49,363 nucleotides of DNA from an uncultured Clostridiaceae bacterium (GTDB taxonomy: Bacteria > Bacillota_I > Bacilli_A > RFN20 > CAG-288): assembly GCA_964444175.1 (NCBI GenBank), contig CAYUFI010000005.1:1-49363 (forward strand). Reading direction: 5' to 3'. Numbering within the stretch: position 1 is the stretch's first letter; the number at the start of each line of letters is the position of its first letter. Made by a program: the position numbers and the translations under genes. Positions 7,924 to 17,658 of this stretch are shown here, one piece after another. The notes beneath the pieces are model-generated. The model had not been told where the DNA came from and did not search any database. It saw only the letters and a program-made list of their open reading frames with translations.

Positions 7924-8691
7924 TTACTTCTTCTCTTCGATCTTCTTCACTTCGGCGTCGACGACATTGGAATCTTCATAAGAACCGGCATCCTTTTCTT
8001 CGCGCGGCTTACCTTCCACGTCGACGACATTGCTCTTCTTTTCCGGCTTCACCTTCTCGACCTTGGCTTTTTTGACCCGTTCCTTGCGGTACGGGGCGAA
8101 GACAGAGACCAGATCGAAGATGCCGATGCCGACCATCAGCAACCCGATCAGGACCATCACGACCGTATAGACGACCGAATCGGCTTTCTCCTGATAGACC
8201 AGAAGCAGTACGCCTCCGGCGACAAAGAGGAGGGAAAGGACGTACTCGATCGATCCGATCACGACCGACCGGCGTCTGCGCACGATCGCGAACGTCGCGC
8301 CCATCGCGATCGTGAAGGCGATGACGAAGCAGAGCGTCGCGATGAAGAAGAGAATCAGGGACTTGATGTTCCCGAGGAGCTCGGGCGCCTTCACGGCGAA
8401 GAGGATACCGAAGGAAATCTCCAGTACGGACGTCAGGAATTCCGAGACGACCGCCCCGATGGTGACCGGCTCGAAGAAATAGCGCAGAAGCGAAATGATT
8501 CCGTCGATGCCGAGGACGATACCGAAGATCCGGTAGATCCAGGCCTGAAATTCATCGTTCTGGCAGTAGACAATCGCCAGTACGCCCAAGGTGATGAACG
8601 CGAGCCCTTCGATGACGCGGATGACCGTCCAGGCGCCTTTGAATTTCGCGGCGGCTTCCGCCAGACCCGCCTTTTCATTTTCTTCCGACAT
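7924..8691 (-). CDS. DUF308/HdeD-like multi-pass membrane protein with a K/E-rich C-terminal tail
   Basis: 255 aa from ATG 8691 (AGGAGG RBS on the minus strand). About 6 hydrophobic helices. The tail carries the repeat SNVVDVEGKP / SNVVDAEVKK. The ORF-track start at 8799 has no RBS. Confidence 0.65.
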   Translation of the reverse strand: MSEENEKAGLAEAAAKFKGAWTVIRVIEGLAFITLGVLAIVYCQNDEFQAWIYRIFGIVLGIDGIISLLRYFFEPVTIGAVVSEFLTSVLEISFGILFAVKAPELLGNIKSLILFFIATLCFVIAFTIAMGATFAIVRRRRSVVIGSIEYVLSLLFVAGGVLLLVYQEKADSVVYTVVMVLIGLLMVGIGIFDLVSVFAPYRKERVKKAKVEKVKPEKKSNVVDVEGKPREEKDAGSYEDSNVVDAEVKKIEEKK

Positions 8692-9077
8692 GTTGGATGA
8701 CCTCCTGTTAGTGAACCCGAGGATATTGTAATTCAAAAGAGGATGAACGCGAAATAAATAAAATGCAAGCTTTGTAACTCTGACAAAAGGGAAGGACACG
8801 GAAGGGACGGAAAAGCTTGGAAATTCCGTATCAGATCCGGATCGACGGATTCTCGATCAGGACGGGCGTCGCCTGCTGTCTCGCCCCGAAAAAAGAAGCG
8901 GAGAAGCTCGTCTTAGGAGGAACTTCCAGGCGGAGATTTGCGGTCTGAGCCTTTCCGAATACGTGAACAGGATACAGGGAGTGACGTTCTGAAATCCGAA
9001 ATAGCAGGATTTCTTCCAAGAGAAAAATAGAATAATCTTGTAAATCGGTCCCGGTAGTGATAATTTAATAAAGCGCC

Positions 9078-9153
9078 GGGACTGTAGCTCATTTGGCAGA
9101 GCACCTCGTTCGCAACGAGGGGGTGGCGAGTTCGAATCTCGTCAGTTCCACCA
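9078..9153 (+). tRNA. tRNA-Ala (anticodon CGC), CCA encoded
   Basis: 76-nt cloverleaf folded by hand. Acceptor GGGACUG/CAGUUCC includes the G3:U70 alanine identity pair. D arm GCUC/GAGC; anticodon stem CCUCG/CGAGG with loop UUCGCAA; T arm GCGAG-UUCGAAU-CUCGU; 3' ACCA. Confidence 0.9.
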
Positions 9154-9167
9154 TCTTCGAAACAGCG

Positions 9168-9189
9168 GTCCGAGAAATCGGACTTTTTT
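9168..9189 (+). terminator. Rho-independent terminator after the tRNA
   Basis: gtccga / tcggac stem, GAAA loop, TTTTTT (9184-9189). Confidence 0.65.
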
Positions 9190-9667
9190 CTTGTCGGAAC
9201 AGACCGGACGCCCGGTCTGTCTAAGAGAATTAAAAAAATCGATTTTGTGCATCGGTTGCACATCATTGAATTCAAAAACGTGCAATGGTTCCACAGGATT
9301 CCATTGAAAGCCCGCGGAAATGTTCTAGCCCCGCATTTTTAAAAAGCCTAAGGCACGGATATTTTCTCTGCCGCCAAAGCACGGCGGGGAAGCTCGGATA
9401 GGGCGGAAAGAACCGGATGCGGGCGCTTCCGTTCTTTCGGTCTATATTGCACGGAGCCGCAGGACGGATTCCGCTCCGCCGTTCTTCTTCGGAAAAGAGT
9501 CTTTCCGGGCGTCGCATCCGATTCCGAATCTAAAGGAGAATTGATTGATTCTGATTGTTCCTGCCCGTGGGACGGATAGAAAACAGGTTTTTCTCAAGTT
9601 TTCGAACAAAAGAAGAGCAGAAATGAAAGAGATGCTATACTATGGCGAAAGAAGGGAACAGAGACTC

Positions 9668-11119
9668 ATGAAAGTCATTTCCGTCGATCTCGGCGCGACC
9701 AGCGGAAGAGTCATGACCGTGACTCATTCCGATCACAGGTTCTCTTATGTCGAAAACGCCCGGTTCATGAACCGGGTCTACAAAGACGGGGAAGGAATTC
9801 TCCGTTGGGATTTTCCTTATCTGTTCAGGAACGTAACCGAAGGAATCGGAAAGGCCCTGAAGGAGAATCCAGACGCGGCCTCCATCGGCATCGATACATG
9901 GGGCGTCGATTACGGATTCGTCAAGGACGGGAAGCTCCTGAAGGATCCGGCCTGTTACCGCGACAAGAGGACGTTCGCTTCGCAGGAAGAGCTCCTGAAG
10001 AGAGTTCCTTTCTCAAGAATCTATTCTCTGACCGGAATCCAGAATCTGCATTTCAACACGATCTATCAGCTGAACAGCGAACATCTCGATTATTCGAATG
10101 TCGACGCGTTCCTGATGATTCCGGATTTGATCGCGTATTTCCTGACCGGGGAAGCGAGGCTCGAGGAATGCAACGCCTCCACGACGTCGTTATACGACAA
10201 GAAGAATAAACGGATGTCGAAGGAACTGCTCGGGGAAATCGGCGTTCCAGAAAGAATCTTCCCGAAACTGATATTCCCCGGAGAGACCTACGGGAATCTG
10301 AAGAAGGAATTCCTGCCGGAAGGGTTTTCTAAGGACGTTCCGGTCGTCGCGGTTCCGACCCACGATACGGCGAGCGCGGTCCTCGGGGCCGACGGTCAGG
10401 GGGAATTCGCCTATATCTCCTCGGGAACCTGGTCCCTCATCGGGACGGAACTGAAGAGCCCGATCATCAGCGAAGAGAGCCGGAAGGCGAACTTCACGAA
10501 CGAGATCGGCTACGGATCGACGGTCCGTTTCCTCAAGAATACGATGGGGATGTTCCTCATCAACGAGGCGAGGAACGACTACAAAAAGCACGGGCAGGAA
10601 GTCCATGTCTCCGACATCGTCCCGCTCGTAGGAAGCGCGAAAGACGTCAACTGTTATCTCGACGTGGACAATCCGCTGTTCGAGACGCCCGGAGACATGC
10701 TTATGAAAATCCGGACGTACGCGGATAGGACGCATCAAGAAAGGCCGGAAACGCCGGGAGAGACGATGAAAGTCATCTACCGCTCGATGGCGTGCCGCTA
10801 CAAGAAGATCCTCTCCGATCTGGAGAATCTCGCGAAGGTCCGCTTCTCCTCGATCCTCGTGGTCGGAGGAGGAAACCGGGCGGAAATCCTGAATCAGTAC
10901 ACCGCGGATGTCTGTCGAATAAACGCGGTCACGGGTCCTTCGGAAGCGACCGTGCTCGGGAACGCCTTGGCCCAGTTCATCGCGTTAAAGGAAATTCCGG
11001 ACGTGTCCGAGGGAAGAAAAGACATCGCCGCGTCGCTCGAGGAACGGATCTACCGTCCCGAAGACACGGAGAAAGCCGAAGAAGAATATCAGAAGTTCTT
11101 AATTGCGACAGCTCGATAA
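9668..11119 (+). CDS. rhaB: Rhamnulokinase
   Basis: 483 aa from ATG 9668. FGGY kinase N-terminus (KVISVDLGATSGRV); GIDTWGVDYG and HDTASAV motifs. Followed by rhaA and rhaD. Confidence 0.85.
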   Translation: MKVISVDLGATSGRVMTVTHSDHRFSYVENARFMNRVYKDGEGILRWDFPYLFRNVTEGIGKALKENPDAASIGIDTWGVDYGFVKDGKLLKDPACYRDKRTFASQEELLKRVPFSRIYSLTGIQNLHFNTIYQLNSEHLDYSNVDAFLMIPDLIAYFLTGEARLEECNASTTSLYDKKNKRMSKELLGEIGVPERIFPKLIFPGETYGNLKKEFLPEGFSKDVPVVAVPTHDTASAVLGADGQGEFAYISSGTWSLIGTELKSPIISEESRKANFTNEIGYGSTVRFLKNTMGMFLINEARNDYKKHGQEVHVSDIVPLVGSAKDVNCYLDVDNPLFETPGDMLMKIRTYADRTHQERPETPGETMKVIYRSMACRYKKILSDLENLAKVRFSSILVVGGGNRAEILNQYTADVCRINAVTGPSEATVLGNALAQFIALKEIPDVSEGRKDIAASLEERIYRPEDTEKAEEEYQKFLIATAR

Positions 11120-11138
11120 ATCAAAGGAGGAAGAAAGC

Positions 11139-12398
11139 ATGTCCGTCGAAGAAAATTACAGGAAGGCCAAAGAAGAATTCGCCGAGTTCGGAGTGGATAC
11201 CGAACAGGCGATGGAAAAGGTGAAGAACATCCCGATTTCCGTCCACTGCTGGCAGGGGGACGACGTCCTCGGATTCGAAGGCGTCACCACTCTCGAAGGC
11301 GGCATCCAGACAACCGGGAACTATCCGTACCGCGCCAAAGGGCCGGAAGAACTGATGGCCGACATCAAAGAGGCGTTCTCGATGATGCCGGGAACCAAGA
11401 GACTCAATCTACACGCCTCGTACGCGATCTTGGGTAAGGACGCCGGCAAGGTCGACCGCGACCAGTACAAATACGAATACTTCAAGCCGTGGGTCGATTT
11501 CGCCAAGGAAAACGGAATCGACGGAATCGATTTCAACCCGACGTTCTTCTCGCACAAGAACGTCAAGGACAATCTGACGCTCTCGAGCCCGGATGAAAAG
11601 ATCCGTCATTTCTGGATCGAACATGGGAAGAGATGCCTCGAGATTTCTTCCGAACTCGGCAAGGCGTTCGGAAAACCGTGCATGATGAACATCTGGATTC
11701 CGGACGGCTTCAAGGACGTCCCGGCGGACCGTCTGTCCCCGCGCCTGCGTTACCGCGATTCGCTCGACGAGATGCTCGCGGACAAGGACTGGGACCGGAA
11801 ATACGTCATGCCGACGCTTGAATCCAAGGTCTTCGGAATCGGCGTGGAATCGATGACGGTCGGTTCGAGCGAGTTCTGCCAGAACTATGCGGCCTCCAGA
11901 GACATCACCTGCCTGATGGATATGGGCCATTACCATCCGACCGAGGTCGTTTCGGACAAGATTCCTTCGATGCTCTGCTTCTACGACAGACTCGCCCTGC
12001 ATGTGTCCCGTCCGGTGAGATGGGATTCGGACCACGTGGTGATCTTCGACGACGAACTGAAGGAAGTCGCCAAGGAAATCATCCGCAACCACGCCGAGAA
12101 GAAGGTCGTGATCGGACTCGATTACTTCGACGCCTCGATCAACCGCATCTCCGCCTGGGTCACCGGCGAAAGAAGCATGGAGAAGGCGCTCTTATACGCC
12201 GCGACCCTGCCGAACGATGAAATGGCCAAGCTCCAGGAAGAAGCGAATTTCACGAAGCTGATGGTCCTGCAGGAACGCGCCAAGATGCTGCCGTTCGGCG
12301 ACGTCTGGAACGAATATCTGCGCCGTCAGGGCATGGACGAAAAGTATTACGAAGAGGCCATGCGTTATGAGAAGAAGATTTCCGCCGAAAGAAAATAA
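11139..12398 (+). CDS. rhaA: L-rhamnose isomerase
   Basis: 419 aa from ATG 11139 (AAAGGAGG RBS). The length and motifs (HCWQGDDV, NLHA.Y, HYHPTE, WDSDHVV) are typical of RhaA. Confidence 0.9.
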   Translation: MSVEENYRKAKEEFAEFGVDTEQAMEKVKNIPISVHCWQGDDVLGFEGVTTLEGGIQTTGNYPYRAKGPEELMADIKEAFSMMPGTKRLNLHASYAILGKDAGKVDRDQYKYEYFKPWVDFAKENGIDGIDFNPTFFSHKNVKDNLTLSSPDEKIRHFWIEHGKRCLEISSELGKAFGKPCMMNIWIPDGFKDVPADRLSPRLRYRDSLDEMLADKDWDRKYVMPTLESKVFGIGVESMTVGSSEFCQNYAASRDITCLMDMGHYHPTEVVSDKIPSMLCFYDRLALHVSRPVRWDSDHVVIFDDELKEVAKEIIRNHAEKKVVIGLDYFDASINRISAWVTGERSMEKALLYAATLPNDEMAKLQEEANFTKLMVLQERAKMLPFGDVWNEYLRRQGMDEKYYEEAMRYEKKISAERK

Positions 12399-12421
12399 GG
12401 AAAGAAGAAAGAAAGGAAAAT

Positions 12422-13279
12422 ATGAAAGACATTTTAACCGCGCCGTTCCTGATTGAATTCGAAAAGACCGCCTCGAACATGTACCGTCTCGGCTGGGACG
12501 AACGCAACGGAGGCAATATCTCATATCTGCTGAAGGAAGAGGAAGTCAAGGAATACCTCGATACGGACCGCGTCTTAAGAAAAATTCCGTTCGCCGGAAT
12601 CCAGAAGTCCTCTCTCGACGCCCGCCCGCTCGCGGGAAAGTATTTCCTCGTCACGGGGACGGGAAAGTATTTCAAGAACGTCGAGGCCGATCCGGAGACC
12701 AACACTGGCATCTTCCGCATCTCGCAGGACGGAACCTGCGCGGAGCTTCTATGGGGCTATAAGGACGGAGGACGCTTCACGTCCGAACTCCCGGCGCACC
12801 TGATGTCGCACATGGCTAGACTAGCCGTCGACCCGGAAAACCGCGTCGTCATGCACTGCCATCCGACCAACATCCTCGCGATGACCTACATCCATCCGCT
12901 CGACGAGAAGTCCTTCTCGCACACGCTCTGGACCATGTCCACAGAGTGCATCGTGGTCTTCCCGGAAGGCGTCGGCGTTTTGCCCTGGATGCTTTGCGGC
13001 ACGGACGAAATCGGTGTCGCGACCGCTAAGAAAATGCACGATTTTCGCATCGTCTTATGGACAAACCACGGCATCTACGGAGCCGGCAAGACCCTCGACG
13101 AGACCTTCGGGCTCATCGAGACCATCGAGAAGGCCGCGCAGATCTACAACGTCATCGGGAACCGTCCGATTCTGAACAACATCACGGACGAGGACATGGC
13201 GCAGCTGATCCACATCTTCAAGATCGAAAAGTCCGTCCGCTGGGACTTCCTCGATTTGCCGGAATCCGAAAAGAAGTAA
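12422..13279 (+). CDS. rhaD: Rhamnulose-1-phosphate aldolase (class II aldolase)
   Basis: 285 aa. NGGNIS, MHCHPTN and WTNHG motifs. Lies directly downstream of rhaA. Confidence 0.85.
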   Translation: MKDILTAPFLIEFEKTASNMYRLGWDERNGGNISYLLKEEEVKEYLDTDRVLRKIPFAGIQKSSLDARPLAGKYFLVTGTGKYFKNVEADPETNTGIFRISQDGTCAELLWGYKDGGRFTSELPAHLMSHMARLAVDPENRVVMHCHPTNILAMTYIHPLDEKSFSHTLWTMSTECIVVFPEGVGVLPWMLCGTDEIGVATAKKMHDFRIVLWTNHGIYGAGKTLDETFGLIETIEKAAQIYNVIGNRPILNNITDEDMAQLIHIFKIEKSVRWDFLDLPESEKK

Positions 13280-13297
13280 GGTTGAACGACATCCGGA

Positions 13298-13328
13298 AGA
13301 GACCGCTAGAAACGGTCTCTTTTCGTTT
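13298..13328 (+). terminator. Terminator of the rhaBAD operon
   Basis: agagaccg / cggtctct stem, 7-nt loop, then TTTcgTTT. Confidence 0.6.
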
Positions 13329-13402
13329 GCCTTTCGCGGTTCTATTTTTGGAGAATTCCGTAAATTCCTTTTCGTTTCAAGGCAAAAGAACGGAATCCGC
13401 GC

Positions 13403-13437
13403 AACAGAAAAGCCGGGATTCCGTTCGGAAACCCGGC
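13403..13437 (-). terminator. Terminator of the GH78 gene
   Basis: The minus strand reads gccgggtttccgaacggaatcccggc followed by ttttctgtt. Confidence 0.6.
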
Positions 13438-13454
13438 GAAAGAAGAAAGAGGCA

Positions 13455-16013
13455 TTACGCCTTCAAAGAGCAGGTCAAGGTATGGCCGCCGTAAGCGAGG
13501 TTGAAGCGCTCCCCGTCGGGCAGTTCCAGAACGCAGGAAGTCGTCATCGGAACATCGACGTGGATGGAGAACTTGTCCCCCTCTATTTTCCAGCGGACAT
13601 TGATCTTGCCGTACGGCGTCAGGGTCGACGTCTCGCAGGAAGTGATACCTCCGCCCAAGATCGGTTTGACCTTGAATTTCTTATAACCCGGTTCGACGAT
13701 GCGCACGCCGCCCAATCTCGTATAGAGGAAGTTTCCGACCGAGCCGGAAGCGTAGTGGTTGAACGAAATCATGTTCCCGGTCCCGTCGGTCGACTTGCGC
13801 GCAGTACCATCAGGCAGCATCCCGTCGAACTTTTCCCAAATCGTCGTCCCTCCGACCGAGACGTTGTAGAGCCAGGAAGGCGCCTTCGTGTTCAAAAGCA
13901 TCTTGTACACCGTGTCGGCGTGCCCGTTATCGGCCAACACGTAGAGGATGTACCCGGTTCCCGGGAATCCCGTCCCGATGCAGTAATCCTTCTCCTCGAT
14001 GAGACGGACCAGGTTCTTCATCGCTTCCCTCGTCTCTTCCTCGTCGAACATTTTGAACGCGAGAGGAAGAACGTATCCGGTCTGGAACTGCTCCTTCTTG
14101 AGCCTCCCGTGATGGTCGGTGAAGACATCCACGTACGCGCGGGCGACCTTGTCGGAAAGACGCTCGTAATAGTTCGCGTCCTTTTCGTATCCGAGCATCG
14201 CGGCGATTTCGGAAAGTTTCTTCGATGTCTTCCTTAAGGAAGCGGTCGCCGTGTACTTGCTCCGCTTCTGCCACACGCTCATCTTGTCCACGTCCGGAGC
14301 GACCCAGTCCCCGAAATGGAAGACCGACGGGGTATGCCAGATGTAGCGGTATTTCCCGACGCCCCAGATGCCCGCCCAGAAGCGGCAGGCGTCGACGTAC
14401 TTCTTCATGTTCGGATAAAGCTGGCGCACGATGTCCTCGTCCCCGTAAGCCATATATAGCGCATAGGGGACGTCGATGATCGCGTCTCCCCAGAAATCGA
14501 TGGCCATCTTCGGCATCGTCGCCGGGAACCTGTAGCCGTGGGCAGGCACCGTGTTCGGCAGTCCTCCCGTCCTCAGCTGCTCGTCCTTGACGTCCATCAG
14601 CCACTTCCTTAAGAAGCGGCGCATTTCGAAATTATGGATCGCCGTCGGGGCGAAGATCGCGATGTCCCCGGTCCAGCCCATGCGTTCGTCGCGCTGAGGG
14701 CAGTCGGTCGGGATATCCATGAAATTGCTCCTCGAGGACCAGCGGATGTTGGAATCGAGGCGGTTCAGCATCTCGTTCGAGCAGTGGAAAGATCCCGTCT
14801 CCTTCACGTCGCTCATCAGGACGTATCCTTCCACGTCGACGTCTTCCGGACGGATGCCGGAAACGCTGACGTAACGGAATCCCATGTACGTGAATTCCGG
14901 CGTATGAATCTGTTCGCCTTCCTTGCAAATGTACGTCAAAGTCGCCTTGGCCGTGCGGAGCAAAGAAACGTCGAGTTCCCCTTCCGGATTCAGGACTTCC
15001 GCGTGGCGCACGACGATCTTTTGGCCTTTTACGGCCTTCTTGATTCGGAGATGGATCACCCCGGCGAAATTTTGTTTGAAATCGTAAATCGTCTCGTTCT
15101 CCTCCGTCTTCAGGATTTCCGGTTTCATGATCCGGTTCACCCTGACCGGATTCCCGTAATCCGCGAGGATGTCCGGATGGAGCTTCACGTTCTCAAGACT
15201 CGCCGGATGATACTCGATCTCCGTCACGTTCGCGTCGTAGGTTTCCCCGTCGTAGAGGTCCGCCATTCTGTACGGTCCTTCCGTCGAGACGCGGAAAGAA
15301 GGATCGCTCTTAACGACTTCTTCGCTCCCGTCCTTATACCGGATCCTTAACTCCAGCAAGAGGGCCTGGCGTTTGGCGTAATACCGGTTCACCCTGGTGA
15401 AGATGTAGCTTCCGACCGCCCAGCCTCCGGCCACGTGCGCGACCAAAGTATTCTTTCCGGGCTTCAAGGAATCCTTCACATCGTAGGTCTGATACATCAG
15501 GTTATACCGGTACGACGTGAATCCCGGGGTCAAAAAGCGGTCCCCGACTTTCTTCTTATTGAGTTCGAGCTTATAGAGCCCTAACGCCGTCACATAGATC
15601 TTCGCGGATTCGATTTCCTTGGAAATCTCCACGTCCTTTTCGAACACCATCACCTTCGGGGAGACTTTCTTCTCCTTGAAGCAGTACGATCCGTCGGTGA
15701 TCCATTTCCCTTCCCAGGGAACGGATAATCTTCCCGTCTCGAAAGAAACGGACGAGACCGCCTCCTCCCCTTTGTCGCTATAAGCGTGCAGCGTCACGGT
15801 ATATTCTGTAAAAGGTTTCAGAGGTTCCCCGTCGTAGAAAGCCGATACGTCGTTCCCGATTTCCTTCTTCCATCCGTTATTCAGGGAAATCACGGCCCGT
15901 TCGATCACGCTGCGGTCGTCAGACACGTAATAGAACGAAAAGAACGGTTTCGGTTTATCTGTAACGACGTGTCCCGGATAAGTCTCGACCGCGAAATTCT
16001 CGATTTTGAACAT
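13455..16013 (-). CDS. Alpha-L-rhamnosidase (GH78)
   Basis: 852 aa from ATG 16013 (GGAGAGGAAG RBS). Hallmark DCPQRDERMGWTGD motif. No signal peptide is visible. Confidence 0.88.
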   Translation of the reverse strand: MFKIENFAVETYPGHVVTDKPKPFFSFYYVSDDRSVIERAVISLNNGWKKEIGNDVSAFYDGEPLKPFTEYTVTLHAYSDKGEEAVSSVSFETGRLSVPWEGKWITDGSYCFKEKKVSPKVMVFEKDVEISKEIESAKIYVTALGLYKLELNKKKVGDRFLTPGFTSYRYNLMYQTYDVKDSLKPGKNTLVAHVAGGWAVGSYIFTRVNRYYAKRQALLLELRIRYKDGSEEVVKSDPSFRVSTEGPYRMADLYDGETYDANVTEIEYHPASLENVKLHPDILADYGNPVRVNRIMKPEILKTEENETIYDFKQNFAGVIHLRIKKAVKGQKIVVRHAEVLNPEGELDVSLLRTAKATLTYICKEGEQIHTPEFTYMGFRYVSVSGIRPEDVDVEGYVLMSDVKETGSFHCSNEMLNRLDSNIRWSSRSNFMDIPTDCPQRDERMGWTGDIAIFAPTAIHNFEMRRFLRKWLMDVKDEQLRTGGLPNTVPAHGYRFPATMPKMAIDFWGDAIIDVPYALYMAYGDEDIVRQLYPNMKKYVDACRFWAGIWGVGKYRYIWHTPSVFHFGDWVAPDVDKMSVWQKRSKYTATASLRKTSKKLSEIAAMLGYEKDANYYERLSDKVARAYVDVFTDHHGRLKKEQFQTGYVLPLAFKMFDEEETREAMKNLVRLIEEKDYCIGTGFPGTGYILYVLADNGHADTVYKMLLNTKAPSWLYNVSVGGTTIWEKFDGMLPDGTARKSTDGTGNMISFNHYASGSVGNFLYTRLGGVRIVEPGYKKFKVKPILGGGITSCETSTLTPYGKINVRWKIEGDKFSIHVDVPMTTSCVLELPDGERFNLAYGGHTLTCSLKA

Positions 16014-16207
16014 GGCTTCCTCTCCCTCTTTCATCCTTGACGTTTCCGCTTTGAATGATTCCAAAATGAAAACGCTATCAGCTCTCTTATATTTTAACAT
16101 TCAACTATCCGGAATGTTTCCTTTCCGCGCATTCCGTTCATAGAAACGAAAGGATTTCGGATTTTATAGAAAAAACGAGCTGAAACGAATGGAAAAGAGC
16201 AGGGAAT

Positions 16208-16969
16208 CTACTTGTTCACGATGTTGGTAAGGCCCTGTTCACGGAACGGGCGGAGCAGAGAATCGTCCGCGTTCGTATAGATGGCGTCGTAATCCCCGAG
16301 TTTCTGCGTCCGGTACGGATACGAATACCCGAACTTGTTCTTGTCGGCAAGGAGGATGTGCTTATCGCTCCGTAAGAAAGCGTCGTGCTTGATCTGCATC
16401 GTCTCCGGCGTGGTCTCGTACGTCCCGTCGAGGCGGATCGAGGCGCAGCTCGAAAGCATCAGATCGATGCGGAAACGCTCGAGCATCGAGCTCGCGAACG
16501 AGCCGTTGGTCGAAAGCGAGGACGGCTGGATCACCCCGCCTAGGAAGATGATCTTCACGTCGTTCTTTTTCGAAAGCTTCACCGCCAGCTGGAGGCCGTT
16601 TGTGACGATGGTCTTGTAACGGAAATCCATCCGTTCGGAAAGAGCCAGCGCGGTCGAGGAATTATCGATGAAGACCGTGTTGAACGAAGGGAGATGGTTT
16701 AAGGCGAGGGAAGCGGTCTTCTCCTTATCCTTGGCGTTGTTCTCGATGCGGACGAAAATGTTCACTTCGTCCACCTCGTCCGCATAGACCGCTCCACCGT
16801 GGGTGCGCTGGATCATCCCGAGCTTCTGCATCTCGTTCAGATCCCTCCGCACGGTCGCCGGGGAAACGTAGAGGAGCTTCGCCAGTTCGTCCACCGTCGC
16901 CCGGTTATGATTTTTCAGATACTCCGCGATGATTTTGAAACGCTCGCTCGTGAACATGTTCTCGGCCAT
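16208..16969 (-). CDS. DeoR/GlpR family transcriptional regulator (probable rhamnose-locus regulator)
   Basis: 253 aa from ATG 16969. N-terminal HTH: ATVDELAKLLYVSPATVRRDLNEMQKLGMIQRTHGGA. DeoR-type C-terminal sugar-phosphate sensor domain. Confidence 0.85.
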   Translation of the reverse strand: MAENMFTSERFKIIAEYLKNHNRATVDELAKLLYVSPATVRRDLNEMQKLGMIQRTHGGAVYADEVDEVNIFVRIENNAKDKEKTASLALNHLPSFNTVFIDNSSTALALSERMDFRYKTIVTNGLQLAVKLSKKNDVKIIFLGGVIQPSSLSTNGSFASSMLERFRIDLMLSSCASIRLDGTYETTPETMQIKHDAFLRSDKHILLADKNKFGYSYPYRTQKLGDYDAIYTNADDSLLRPFREQGLTNIVNK

Positions 16970-17058
16970 GATTTTGTCACCTTTCTTCGAATTTATTATG
17001 ATTTTCCAAACCTGTTTACGCAAGGCTCTTTCCGTCTATACCAAAAAGGAGAGGACCA

Positions 17059-17658
17059 TCATTTCCTCTCCATCACGATCCTGTACGAAGAAGAGTCCTC
17101 TTCGGCCTCGACCGTTTCGAAGTCCTTCCTGAAGTACTCCGCTTCTTCTGAAGGGGCCTTCAGTTCCCGCGAAAGGTTCCCCATGTGCTCGTGGCAGACG
17201 AGGAGCTGCGTTCTCGAAAGCGAATGGAGAATCGCGAATTTCCCGCCTTTTTTCAGGACGCGGGCGAGCGCTTCCTCCAGTCTTTCCGGCTCGAGGAAAT
17301 GCGGATAAGCGTTATAGATCACCGCGAAAGAGTACGAACCTTCTTCGAAAGGGTACGTCAGGAAATCCCCTTGTTCGAAAGAAACTCCGGCGACGCCTTT
17401 ATATTTTTCCTTCGCGATTCCGATCATCCTGTCGGACAAATCGATCCCGAGGACGTCCTTCTCAGAAAGTCCGTGCAGGATCCCCGTAATGATGCCCGTC
17501 CCGCAGGCGATGTCGAGGACGCGGTCGCCTTTATGGATTCCGAGCGAAGAAACCAGGTTCCTAATCCTTTCCGGATCGCTGTGCTCATTGCTGTCCCACT
17601 TCGGAGCGACCGAATCGAAGAAGGAACGCATTTCCTCTTCTTTTGAATCAGGCCGCAT
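17059..17658 (-). CDS. Class I SAM-dependent methyltransferase
   Basis: 199 aa. Motif I VLDIACGTGI. Overlaps the stop of the upstream binding-protein gene by 11 nt. An alternative ATG at 17631 is possible. Confidence 0.75.
   Translation of the reverse strand: MRPDSKEEEMRSFFDSVAPKWDSNEHSDPERIRNLVSSLGIHKGDRVLDIACGTGIITGILHGLSEKDVLGIDLSDRMIGIAKEKYKGVAGVSFEQGDFLTYPFEEGSYSFAVIYNAYPHFLEPERLEEALARVLKKGGKFAILHSLSRTQLLVCHEHMGNLSRELKAPSEEAEYFRKDFETVEAEEDSSSYRIVMERK

Noticed and set aside
8913-9275. 120-aa minus-strand ORF spanning the tRNA-Ala gene.
   Set aside because: It overlaps a well-folding tRNA and its terminator, has no RBS and has an implausible composition.
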